This document shows, piece after piece, positions 51,511 to 64,000 of a stretch of 64,000 nt of DNA. The translations under genes were made by a program, and so were the position numbers. The stretch lies in the NCBI RefSeq assembly GCF_006345805.1, contig NC_043020.1, positions 3,596,001 to 3,660,000 on the forward strand, written 5' to 3'. The notes under the pieces were generated by a model. That model was not told the origin of the DNA and made no database searches. It saw nothing but the letters and a program-made list of their open reading frames with translations. The DNA comes from Octopus sinensis (taxonomy: Eukaryota). Positions within the stretch are counted from its first letter, which is position 1; the number at the start of each line of letters is the position of its first letter.

Positions 51511-52623
51511 TACTTGTTCAGTACGTGAAGTATCAGATGAGTTAAACAATAGGATGTTTTTTAGTGAAAAAAATATATATGATGAAAATGAATGAGAAAA
51601 AGAAATTGTTTTAATTTTGTTAATATTCTATTGCAGGCAGCTTTATCGTATTTTCTTGCAATTTTGTTTCCTGGTGCATGGTCACATGATGTAATTCACA
51701 TTTCACAAATAGGGAGAGAGAGAGATTTCACACTGGGTGGACAATGCTTTGAAAAATAAGACAGAATGGCCATGGATAGAACGCTTTTGATCATAGACCA
51801 TACCTGTCTCCTTAGAGATGGCCGCTGAAACCAGCTGAAGGTGGCTGCGGTTGATACAAGACCGCAAATGGGACCCCGCTGAAGGCGAAGAGTCTTCGAT
51901 GCGCCATTCAGTGGAAACGCACAGACAGACTAAGGGGTCAAACGCTTGTAATTTTGAGATAATTTACGATGAGACAGGATGTGCGGTCCCGACATGGTGA
52001 CAGATTCATCAGAAGCTGCCAAACCTCTGGATAGCTCCTGCAGTTTCTGCGTCCGGCAAAGCATCTCTAATGATTAATTCACACACACACGTGTGTGTAT
52101 GTTCTTATTAAGTTGTTTAAAGCTGAGAAACTCCTTGCTTAGCGCAAACTCAGATCACCATCCATGGCACCACACGTTCGTCGTAGGACAAAGAGTCACA
52201 TTAACTGTCCATTCATTCACATCTCCCTTGTGATAATAATTATCTTTCTCTATTGCAGGGATATTAATGAAAGACATTTATCATTCGCGCACTTTTATTG
52301 CCTTTTATTGCAATTCGCTCTCGTTCCTTTCCAACAATAAACGGTTTTTCAATCGTTCATCATTGATCCTGAAGCCGCACATTTAAACTAGCGATGGCAG
52401 CCATTTTCAAAATGAATTAGTTGACGTCTCCTTAATTCATTGTGTTGCTCCTCTTATTCTATAGACACTACACATAAACACTGACCAAAAATACTCGACA
52501 CAATTACTGCACACATTGCATAGAATAATTTTTCCTGCTCCCACCAGATTTTTTACTTCTAAATCCAACATTACTTTCGCTATATCTTAATCCCGCCAAA
52601 AGTTGTATTTTTAAATCACATTT

Positions 52624-52663
<40 letters not shown>

Positions 52664-53419
52664 CACACTTACACATACACACACACACACACGCACGCAC
52701 GGACACACACACTTACACACACACACACACACGCGCACACACACACACACACAGTGGGAGAAATACATATATACATATGCATATATGTGTGTGTGTATGA
52801 CATACATACATATACACATAATTATGCAAATGTGTGTATATATATATGCATATACAGACTGACAGGCACACTTGTGCGTACATGTACGTGTATATATAGC
52901 AACATATATGCCAGCGTGTGCGTGAATGTCTGTGTGTGTATGTCTAATGTAAACACACACACACACACATGCGCGCACACACACACGCACTTAACCAAGA
53001 ATGATTATTTATTTTGTTAATGGAAATATGCCGTCATCGTCATCATCATCATCATCCACCTCATCTTTTCTCACAACCACCACCACCGTCGCCACTTTCT
53101 CTCTATGTTCCGTTTATTTTCTCGCTGACGCCATCTTACCGTTGTTGATAAGGTTGTTTGATGGAACAGCAACAACAACAACAACAAACAAACAAACAAA
53201 CAACTGTAGATAACTACAAACAATAATGCAACTGACGACAACGTGGGTAAGAACAATCACCGTATCCAAAATCAATAACTGCAGAATCATCATATCCAAA
53301 TCTCCTCCTCCTCCTCCTCCTCCCACTCCTGCTCTTCGTCTTCCTCGTCGTCGTCATCATCATCGTCGTCAAAATTGTAATAATAACGATGGCTTCTGAT
53401 GTAGGCGCAATTTTGAGGG

Positions 53420-53525
53420 GAGGGGTACCGTCGATCTCAGTACATGACTGGTACCTTATTTTTATCGACCCTGGAGGGATGAAAGGCAAAGTTGACCTCA
53501 GCAGGACTTGAAACCAGAACGAAAG
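53420..53525 (-). mobile_element. SINE family A fragment
   Basis: ctggtaccttatttttatcgaccctggagggatgaaaggcaaagttgacctc. Confidence 0.75.
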
Positions 53526-53799
53526 GATCTCGAAGAAATACCGTAAGACGGCTCATTCCGTTGCGATTAGGAGTGTACGCAACGAAAAACTGACCTTTAT
53601 AAACGCTAAACCTTTAAGCTTTTGTATTGGATTCATCTCATTAATTACAATAGTTTGATGAACTTGATGTCGACTTCCAGCTGATGGAAAACCTACGAAG
53701 TCACATGTAAATCTCCTTAGATGAACGTCAAACCACAGATAGATAAAAACTCTTAACCTTTGAAGTCCTTAGATTCTAGGAGTCATATACAACCAAGAA

Positions 53800-54180
53800 C
53801 TTAAATTTCGTATGGCTAAAAATAGCGTTGGATGATTTCTGAAAGCTTTGAAGCCTAATGTTGATTCTTTCTTCCCTATAAATAACAGTTCTAATACACT
53901 TGTACATGTAGAAAAGTCAAGTCCCGCCAACATTCTACGCTTGGTTTATAACCTTCTTCAATTTCAACTCTTCAGGATAATTTCTAGCAGACTCCGCATC
54001 AGCACTGCTAGCTTTATCAGTCATTTTAATGTTGTGCAAAACGTTTTGCATCGAAAGCTGCATCTTTCATTTTATATAAATCCCTGCGCGAGCTTTCGCT
54101 TGAATGACCGCCATGTTTTTCGGCGCATCGCATCTTGCCTGATCGTAGAAGCTGCACTCTCAGCAGCCGTCCCATTTTAA
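53800..54180 (-). pseudogene. Tigger/pogo-like transposase fragment
   Basis: Manual minus translation VLHNIKMTDKASSADAESARNYPEELK...NVGGT*LFY resembles Tigger HNIK..GEAASAD..AA..YP...FN.DETGLF. Confidence 0.7.
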
Positions 54181-54456
54181 ACATCACTTCAAATTACAAA
54201 AGCAAAAGATTTCCCGGGTATTCAACGAAGCAGCTACTTGAACTCATGACCTAATATTTACTTTTATTCTCATGAATTGTTCCCATTAAATACTTTAGTA
54301 TATTTGGTTTCTTTTACCAAATCAAACCTACAACGTAATCCTTTTGCAAATTATTTTCACACAACTGCTTTCACTTCCGCTTGATGACCTCATTTGAATA
54401 AGGGCAATAAAATATACACAGTTAGATCCAACATTGCGATGATAGACAAGAAAACC

Positions 54457-54667
54457 TATTTCTTTATTGCCCACAAGGGGCTAAACACAGAGTGGACAAA
54501 CAAACGGATTAAGTCGATTACATTGACCCTAGTGCGTAACTGGTATTTAATTTATCGACCCCGAAAGGATGAAAGGCAAAGTCGACCTTGGCGGAATTTG
54601 AACTCAGAACGTAACGGCAGACGAAATACGGCTACGCATTTCGCTTGGTGTGCTAACGTTTCTGCCA
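54457..54667 (-). mobile_element. SINE family A, near full length
   Basis: Same tail and head as the copies at 4650. Confidence 0.88.
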
Positions 54668-55423
54668 GACAAGAAAACCAACATCAAGCAATAAAACAGT
54701 AAAATCCAAGGAAGGTCTTGATGTTCCGCTGGGAGCGGGTCGATATTGGCTGGTATTTTGAAGTCAACGGAAAACTAGGTTCTTCGAATTGCTGAATATA
54801 CAAAAAGGTCCAGGTGGAAGAGGGGATGCGTGGGTGGTAGTAAACTTTGAAAAAATGCGTATCGTGGTTTTAGTTTTAAAATTGTTAAAATTTACCCGAA
54901 TTTCTGTAAAAGCAAAATTATTCCTTAATTCATAAAGTGTGGCTACGAAAATGACTTGTATCCCGAAATTGAGTCACACTTAATGATTGCCGTAAGCGCA
55001 GAATTCCGTAACCAACGATTCCGTAGCGCAGAGAATGCTTATAATGATAATCATCATCGTTGTCATCATCATCATCACCACCACCACCACCATCAAGACC
55101 ACCACCACAGCAACCACCATTACCACCACCACCAACACCACCACCATCACTATCACAATCTCCACCACCACCACCACCACTACCACCACCACCACTACCA
55201 CCACCTCCACCACCACCATCACTACCCCCCCATCATCATTCTTCGGTTCATCATCATCATCATCAACTGCAGCAGCATCAACAGGCAACGACAGCATCAT
55301 CGTGATATCGCACTTTTTCCATTCTCAATTTCCCCAGAATGTCGCTTCGATCCTCGCCATCGTCGCGTCGTCTTATCTAACAAGCAACACGGCCAATATT
55401 AAAGCAACAACAACAATAGCAAC

Positions 55424-55478
<55 letters not shown>

Positions 55479-55687
55479 AATAGACATTGATAAGGAATCA
55501 ATGGCATCGTGTGTGTCTCTTCTTGTGGTGTCCAGGTTTTTCATAAAACGGGATTTGGAGACAATTTTTGGAAAAAGCGATTCGATTTGGGAAATGGCAG
55601 CAGACTGATAAAGTTAAGTTATTCCATCCATTCACCAGAAACAGGCGGTCCTACAGCCTCCATGCTCAAGAAACTGGCACACACTAT

Positions 55688-55816
<129 letters not shown>

Positions 55817-55899
55817 CATCTCCTTTACTATCAGAAACAAAAACACACACCCAGATGTATGTGTAGATCTATAAATATATGCATTCGTTTATTTTTTAT

Positions 55900-56085
55900 T
55901 TTTATTTGTTTCACTCATTTGACTGCGGTCATTCTGGAGCACCGCCTTTAATCGAACAAATCGACCCCAGGACTTATTCTTTGTAAGCTTAGTACTTACT
56001 CTGTCGGTCTATTTTGCCGAACCGCTATATTACGGGGACATAAACACACCAACATCGGTTGTCAAGCGATGGTGGAGGGACAAAC
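55900..56085 (-). mobile_element. SINE family B 3' segment
   Basis: tttgactgcggtcattctggagcaccgcc...gaccccaggacttattctttgtaagc...ggttgtcaagcgatgg. Confidence 0.8.
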
Positions 56086-56119
56086 AGAGACACACAAACA
56101 TATACATATATAATACACG

Positions 56120-57230
56120 TCGATGAACATTTGAAAATGTTTAATGAAAGAATGGGGGACATCGAACAGTTTTCTGCTGCTGAGCCTCAGGCTACTGTGC
56201 AGAGAGTGTATGGAGATGGTGGACATCGTGTGCTGAATTTTGAAAATGGCCAAACCTCCAGGGGTGCTCTTTCAGGAGTGGGTGTGCCTGTTGGTGGTCA
56301 GGAGGTAGTTTGGGACACTAGACTGAATCTTGAGGCTCCAGTGTTTGGGCCCCGATCCAGCGAAGTGCAGGGCTGCAGTAGAGTTTCCATTAAGAAAAAG
56401 CCACAAAAATTTGATGGCAAAGTGTCATGGGAGGCCTACCGTGTCCAGTTCGAGCTACTGGCTGGCCAGAATGGGTGGGACGATAGGCAAAGAGCAGTTC
56501 AGCTTGCTACTAGTCTAAAGGGTGCTGCACCAGAGGTGTTGAGTCAGTTGTCAGTAAAGAACGGAAGCCGTTCTTCTTCACTAGTTGAAGTGTTACAGAG
56601 AAGATATGGCATTATGTACCAGAGTAAAGCGTATAGGGCATAATTTCGGACCGGCGGTAGGGCTAGGGGAGAGTCACTACAACAGATTGCCCAAGATCTG
56701 GAGAGTGTGACACATAAGGCATACCCTACGGCAACACCGGACTTCTTGGCTCTTCTTTTGAAAGAACAGTTTATCAATGCTCTGGACCGTGCAGAGCTCA
56801 AAGTTCAAGTAAAGAAGGAACAACTGAATACTATGCAAGAAGCACTGGATAGAGCTCTGGAATGTGAGTCTTATGTAAGATCTAGCGGTTCCGGATTCAA
56901 AGCAAGGATGGGTCATGTACGTGAGGCAGGAAGATTTAGTGAAAGTTGTTGGCACTGCGAGAATTGGAAGATAAAAGAGAGAGTTGTTTGAAGAAAGAAA
57001 GAACAAAAGATGGTTGGAGGAAGTTGGTGGTGTTGTGGGTAGCCACGATACAGGAAGCAAGATTGTTATCGCCTGAAAAGAGAGCAATAGCAGAACGATA
57101 GTAGAAAGTTTATTGCCCTGCAGGAAAGAAAAGTAAGAAGAAGATAACTGAAGATAAGGGATAGTCGGGGAAAACTAGAAGGGGCTGGTGTTAAGGGGCA
57201 GCAGCCTGCCGAGTATTCCAAAGAAGGCCC
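56120..57230 (+). pseudogene. Ty3/gypsy-type gag relic
   Basis: KPQKFDGKVSWEAYRVQFELLAGQNGW...LATSLKGAA..VL; one in-frame TAA at 56641-56643, then R.RGESLQQIAQDLES...AYP...EQFINAL, degenerate C-x2-C knuckles and a SGN terminus. No pol or LTR recognised. Confidence 0.85.
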
Positions 57231-57306
57231 CCACCTCCGAGATGTAAAAGGACTGTGATTGACAACGTTCAAATGGATTGGGAGGATTGACGGCTAGAAG
57301 TGTCGC

Positions 57307-57423
<117 letters not shown>

Positions 57424-58149
57424 ACGTGCACGTCATTACTACAAGGATCTGTTTTGGTGAGGATGCGATATGAATATATATATCTCGGTCGTTCTTCTTT
57501 CTTGCTCGACCTCAGGCACGTACATGTTTGCTTATTTGTGGTTGCGAAGTAAACTTCCTCCCCACTCATTCATGCATCCTCTTACTTCGATACTGGGTCA
57601 ACAATCAGCCAAATTCTTTACACTTAAAACACAATACCAAATTCAGTCAAACTACATTACAAATACACAGCATATTTAAAAACATTCATACAAAACCGTT
57701 TTCCCTCATCTACATCCTTTCCTCTCCTACATAATAATATTGCTTCCGTTTACATTGAGAGAACTTAAGTGTTCAGTTTCCCAGCTACACACCTTTGTCA
57801 CTATCTCACTTGATATCGCTAATGTTTTAGAACAGGCATTTAGTCACGTTCTTGTACAACCACGCAAACCTAAAGCATACACAGTCTCACCAAATCTACC
57901 TTTCATTGAGCTTCGTTGGTGGTGGTTGAATAAAGCTTTTGGGGCTGACAAGAAAACGATTTTCGGATGAATTTTTGTTAGGGGCTGTATCTATTTGTCT
58001 TCTGCATCTGTAGGGATTGAGGAAGCTTGTGCCATAGCTTGTCAACAATCGGAAAGATAATGCCATCCATTTGATTCGCTATCACTCAACCAATCCGCAG
58101 TGCTTCCAAACACTAACTATTGTACATGATGTTTATAACAGTTGTTGTA

Positions 58150-59090
58150 GCGCGGAGTTATGACAAGACTTGGTGGCAGTTTATATGCATATTTATTGCT
58201 ACAATTGTACAAGCTTCGTGAAAAAAGACGCTATCAAATTATAAGAACATCGTATTGACAGGAGTTTAATCTTGATGATTAAACTGACCTGCCCATTACT
58301 GCAAAAAACGTACGGCGTTTATTCTGCATCATCTCCGAGCTGGTGGTATATAGCTGTGAAAATAACTTGTAGGAAACTCGTGCTGGTTTGAGTGTGAAGA
58401 CGCAACAAACAGCTTGAGAGCAGAATCGTCTAGAACTGAAGCGAAGGGAAGTCGAATCCTCTCTGATTCAATGCACCAACACCAACTAGATGACACAGCT
58501 GATAATGCAACAGGAACAGAGTAAGAAATTGAACTCAATCTCAAAGGAGGGATATAAATACAGAGGAGAGCTTAACCTTATTGATTATGATAATAATTAT
58601 GATAATTATTCTGATGATGCCAACTAAGGCCGCAAAAAAGTGTAAAACAAAAGCCAATCAAGAAAGCTTGAAGGAAGTACCAAGATTGTTGCAAGAAAGA
58701 CCATTTCACGGGTAATACCCCAAACGAGCTGGAGAAGCTGATGTAGATATGAGGAGAACCCATCAGGGGCTGCAGAGTGTTGATTTGAAAGCCGAAGCTG
58801 GATTTATCCTCGCGGCACAAGATCAGAGTCTCCTCACTCGGAACTGACCAATATCACGCACAATGAGATAAACACAAAGTGTAGACTCTGCAATGACAAA
58901 CTTGACATTGTTGCCGGTTGCTCAGTCCTTGCTCTGACAGAATATAAAACCAATATTTCACCGGAGCATATGCCGTAACTATGATATTCCAACCCTAAGA
59001 ACTTGTACGAACACCATCCACAGTCAGTCACTGAGAAAGAGAATGTTAAAATCCTATGGGATTATGGGATACTCACGGACAGGCTGGAAG
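58150..59090 (+). pseudogene. R4/Dong-like LINE 3' fragment
   Basis: ERPFHG*YPKR...GFILAAQDQSLLTRN and KILWDY motifs, homologous to the 20870-21520 region. Confidence 0.72.
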
Positions 59091-59226
59091 CAGGATAATA
59101 ATCTAATTCGACACTTTATCACATTCAAGAATATAAACACGTTTTTAAGCCCAACACACGCGGAATCAAAAAGAAACTCTACCTTTCACTAGAATACGGG
59201 GGTCGGTACTGTCGTTCACGCAGTGA

Positions 59227-59303
<77 letters not shown>

Positions 59304-59649
59304 AGCGTGAAGGTCCCTGTCTCAGACATTTGAGCATGCGCACAACAGCCAAACACCGCGTCGCTGCAACTGTGAAGCACACAGTTCGATACAAGGATTT
59401 TTGTATTTTTTTTCATAAACTTGAGGATGGCTACTGACATTAAGCTTAACGATTATATAATGTACAAATATAAAGAAAGGATTAAAGGAAAAAGGACTCA
59501 TTATATTGAATGTTATCGATAATATCGATTGGAAATAGGGGGAGCTGCAGTTCCGCAGGGCCTATACACGATCTACCACAGATCCATGGTGACTAAACGA
59601 GTCATAAAGTCCGCCTCTCCCGCTGCAAACCGGCCCCAAATCGCCTTCG

Positions 59650-60230
59650 ATGTCGGCTCCCTGATGCGCTTCTGTTCTGCGTTGAAGCATTTCAGCACCC
59701 ATTTTGCGGAAAGTTTTTCATGTCCAGAACGTTGTGAATTATGTGGTCAACTCTTTCATGGGAAATCCTCAGAGTCTCAGCAATGACTTTAGCTGAAACC
59801 CGGTGATCCTCGAGAATCAGGACATGCACAGCGTCGGCTTTGTCCTCCGTGGTCGCGGGTTCATCCGAGACCGGGGCTCATTTGTGACTTCGAAATGACC
59901 AGTCCGAAACCTTGACACCCAGATTTTCACTGTGGAGTAAGATGGATGGTTATCTTTCAAGACTTCCTTCATTTCCCCATGGGTTTCCGCCGCTCCTTTG
60001 CTTTGCAAAAAAAGAGAAACTTCATAACCGCCCGTGCATCAGTTTTACCAAAACTTACAGCAGGATCTGCCATCATGCGTTCTATCGGCAAAAAGGAGAC
60101 AGATATATTGTACACCATCATGATTTTTTGTATATCTTCTCTTTCATAGTTGTCCTACCTCCCACGAAAAGGTAACAGATTTAATGATGGTGAACAAAAA
60201 AAGGTGCTTTCCTTCATAGCCACCTTGCTA
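59650..60230 (-). mobile_element. Degenerate mariner transposon (N-terminal part)
   Basis: HGEMKEVLKDNHPSYSTVKIWVSRFRTGHFEVTNEPRS helix-turn-helix region, followed by DHRVSAKVIAETLRIS. Confidence 0.8.
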
Positions 60231-60856
60231 CCAAGTAGCAAATTAAAAAGAGAAAGAGAACATGCATTTTTAAATACGTACGTATTACGTATTTTGCATC
60301 CATGCATATATGTATGTATGGAGAATGTAGCTTCGAATAAATAAACTCTAGAACCTGTACTGAGTGCTTTTTTCACATAATTCAATTCAAACACGGACAT
60401 GTATGTATGTATGCATGCATGCATGTATGTATGTATGTATGTATGTATGTATGTATGTATGTATGTATGTATGTATGTATGAATGTATGTATGTATGTAT
60501 GTATGTATGTATGCATGCATGCATGTATGTATGTATGTATGTACGTATGTACGTATGTATGTATGTATGTATGTATGTATGTATGTATGTATGTGTGTAT
60601 GTATGTATGTACGTATGTGTGTGTGTAAGTATGTATGTATGTATGTATGTATGTACGTATGTATGTATGTGTGTATGTGTGTATGTATGTGTAAGTATGT
60701 ATGTGTAAGTATGTATGTATGTACGTATGTGTGTGTGTAAGTATGCATGTATGTATGTATGTATGTATGTATGTATGTATGTATGTATGTATGTATGTGT
60801 GTATGTATGTGTAAGTATGTATGTGTAAGTATGTATGTACGTACTACGTACGTATA

Positions 60857-60887
<31 letters not shown>

Positions 60888-63479
60888 ATGTATGTATGTA
60901 TGTATGTATGTATGGATGGATGGATGGATGGATGGAGAGACTAGTTCTAATTTGATCTGTGAACGAAGACCATTTTTTCCCCCAAAATTCCCGAACGCCA
61001 TGCCTTTGATGTGACAAGCCTGGGCGAATCATAGGAATGGTTAATTTTATCGATAAACGCAAATGTGTATTGGAATCGACTTTCTCCGGTTATTGGAATT
61101 ATGTGCTTTATGTGGGGGAAGTGAGGGATGTGTAGATTGCTGAAACTGTTTGGTGTTGTTGTTGTTGTTGTTGTTGTTGTCGTCTGACCCTGTCCCAAAT
61201 CAACCCCGAACGAATCTGAGCTATGATCAAAGATATTCTGATGTGATCCTACGATATTTGTATCCTTTCAGACATTGTTCATCTAGAACTACGTTAACTA
61301 TGTACCTTACCCCCACTTTTTTTTTTTTTTAAGATCCTGAAGACTGATTTCAGGGCCACTTAGCTGCTATCTTTGTCCCGTCAAGCGACCACCGTAGCCT
61401 AACATTCAGATAGCTACAGATGCTATCTTCTTTATTTATATGGAGCAAAGAGGTTGGAAAGAGGTCTTATAAAAAAAAAAATTGCGTCCGTGTATGTGTA
61501 ATTGTGCGTGCGTATGTGTGTGTATGTGTGTATGTGTGTGTATGCGTGCGTGCGTGGATGTGTGTGTGTGTACGTGCGTGCGTGCGTGTGTGTGTGTGTG
61601 TGTGAGTGTTTCTCTAGAACACGGTGGTGACACAAGGTCGACGTGTCTTAGCGTAAACGTAGGTCAAACAAATTATCTGTTGCTTGTCTGTCGTTTGATG
61701 TCGATTCAGCAGTGATTAAAATAAAATCCGGCTCTTAACGTTCCAAGTTCTAATCCCGCCTTACATTTTTCCACGCTAAGAGTTGCTGAAGCATGGAACA
61801 AACTGCCGGCACCAGTTGTTAGTTGTCAATGCTTAGCGCTACTCCTTCGAGCTCTTTGCGCACTGAATTCAAATTCTGCCGAGGTCGAGTTTGACTTTCT
61901 TCTTTTCGCAATCGATATAATAAATACCAATCGACTAACCCCTTAAAATTGCTGGCTTTGAACCGAAATATTTGAAGCCATTAACAGAGGGTGCTTTTAT
62001 GAAATCATTCGACCTGCTAAAACTAGCAGCAGTATTACCTCGAATGATACTCTAATGAATGACATACCTCACAATGGTGATCATAGCCACACAAAGGAGG
62101 ATAATGTCCTCTCTTCCTCCTTCCTGCCACCAGACATGCAGACTCCCAAAGAAATAAAGCTTCAGGAAGGCTACAGCTACCCATCTCGGCTCTGACTGAA
62201 TGTTGAAAGACTTCTTAATTCACTTTACACATCAGCAATAACAACAGCAATAACAATAGCAACCTTCTGTGTATCAGACATTTGTAAGGACATCATAATC
62301 CAAGGTGAAACGTGAGACATGAGTCATAGAACCATTTTGAAAGGGCAACAAAGACACCAAAAGATATCTTTGAGTGGATGGGGGGGGGGGGGGGGGCTAT
62401 TGTAAAGGTCATGTATTGTTTGTTTAAAGACGGTTATTTACACTGGCACCTTACATATGTCCACCCAGTATGGCGCAGGGACCAACACAGAGACTAGCAT
62501 TTATGTTATGTTATCTAAAGATGGTATCTGCATTAAAATATAATCAATGGCAAAACAATAAGCTTTGGCATTCACAGAAGACGTCATTGTTGTTGTCCTT
62601 AATTTAGTTGTTGTTGTTGTTGTTGTTGCTCACGTCTGCCCTGATCTACCGATCAAAAAGCTCTCCCCTGTCAAAACTAATTTCACTTTAGTATATCAAA
62701 GAACTCTCATTATCAAAACTTTTCCATTGGTTTCAAGTAACCATAGATACTAGTGGCATTCACTTTTGTCCTTCATGACTCCAAAGGTGACCAGATTAGA
62801 AGCTCATGGAGCAGTTTATTACGTTAATATTTGACATACATTTCATGGTTACGGTGGTGCCATTTTATAGCCAAGTCAAGTTAGAATCCTCTTGGACTGT
62901 TGCTTTCCATGCAGCCTCAGAATTTCTGACTCTCTGATAATTTCTGATTCCGAGTGTCATACTCCAGAATGCACAGCACTCTGCCACAGCAAGCAACATG
63001 TCCCCAAGTACACTTTTTCAAGTTTGTTTTGTGGGTGCCTTTGTATTTCTTCTTTGGTCCACCCCAAAACTGTGAACCATCTGCAAGTTTTCCAAAGAAA
63101 CTTTATTTTGGGAGTCAAGAGTCAGGCATGTAGACTCCACTTTAGCTGGAATTTACTTAGGAAAGCATCTATGTTTGACATATTGGTTTCAAATTTTTGC
63201 ACAAGGCCAGCAATTTGGGGGTAAGGGAGTAAGTCAATTATATCAAATCTTACCCTTTTGTTACCATATCTATGTTGAAATGCACGATCTATATTTCAAT
63301 TAATTCTGAAAATACTGTAGAATTTAGTAAAATAATTTTGTCATGATTAATCTGGTCTTTGGAACATAAATGAACACAAAATTTGATGGAAGGTTATATA
63401 TTACTTTGAAACAGGAGCTTGTTTTATTGAACCAAATGCAGTTTTAAACAGGTTGGTATCAAAAGTGTTAAGACAAGCA

Positions 63480-63700
63480 TGATTGGCTGCCAGCCTCCCC
63501 TGGCACCTGTGCCGGTGGCACGTAAAAAGCACCCACTACACTCTCGGAGTGGTTGGCATTAGGAAGGGCATCCAGCTGTAGAAACACTGCCAGATCAAGA
63601 CTGGAGCCTGCTGCAGCCTCCTGGCTTCCCAGACCCTGGTCGAACCGTCCAACCCATGCTAGCATGGAAAATGGACGTTAAACGATGATGATGATGATGA
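63480..63700 (+). mobile_element. SINE/LINE 3' tail (RTE-like) ending in (GAT)n
   Basis: gcacgtaaaaagcacccactacactctcggagtggttggcattaggaagggcatccagctgtagaaa...ggacgttaaacgatgatgat. Confidence 0.7.
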
Positions 63701-63890
63701 AAGCTTGAAAAAATAATAGTTTTAAGGAAAATATTTATTACATAGAGACACCTGAAATTACACTCGTATAATTTAGACATACCTCTGAATACAAAGCGAA
63801 TTAACTGACATACCTGTAGTTGATGTTATATTAAGCATTCTTCCTTTTGTTATTTATTTATTTGTTTATTGTTCCGTTTTTACTATTTAG

Positions 63891-63977
63891 GTTTCATATT
63901 CTGTTTTGAGCTGATGGGTCCAGGATTAGCATTTGGACTTGGAGCAATTGTCTCGAAAATACCTGTAGATTTAATAG
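63891..63977 (+). CDS. SLCO: SLCO/OATP next coding exon (87 bp, phase 1 to phase 1)
   Basis: Acceptor tttttactatttag at 63890, donor G|gtatgt at 63978. Joined in phase to the previous exon it reads G-FIFCFELMGPGLAFGLGAIVSKIPVDLI, the OATP GP..(A/G)F.LGG helix that follows the YxDxNV motif. Confidence 0.92.
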
Positions 63978-64000
63978 GTATGTATTACTTATAATCTTCA

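Noticed and set aside
52259-52387. Acceptor-like site (tattgcag) giving in-phase GILMKDIY... after the SLCO exon
   Set aside because: No OATP similarity and it ends in a stop; the exon at 63891 gives the expected continuation.
62760-63230. 110 aa ORF within the SLCO intron
   Set aside because: No recognisable motif on either strand and no splice support.

Overview
64 kb of AT-rich, microsatellite-saturated metazoan genomic DNA. The SINE families and (TA/TG/TATG/GATA)n load point to an octopus or other coleoid cephalopod (inferred, not proven). One host gene is supported: an SLCO/OATP organic anion transporter on +, with a large first coding exon (50020-50791, ATG at 50026), a 13.1 kb phase-1 intron and an 87 bp exon (63891-63977); the gene continues past the window. 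The rest is a transposon graveyard: several tRNA-derived SINE families, mariner/Tc1/Tigger/hAT relics, Helitrons, R4/Dong-like and L1/Tx1-like LINE fragments, Penelope-like (PLE) fragments and a Ty3/gypsy gag. The most striking signal, invisible in the ORF track, is seven minimal type I hammerhead ribozyme motifs from six sequence families (17977+, 19089-, 32965-, 35203+, 40465-, 42602+, 44835-). Most have a palindromic stem/loop III typical of dimer-acting PLE hammerheads. One sits inside a tRNA-headed SINE, one inside a long fold-back element, and one directly upstream of a PLE reverse transcriptase relic. All folds were done by eye; cleavage activity is untested.
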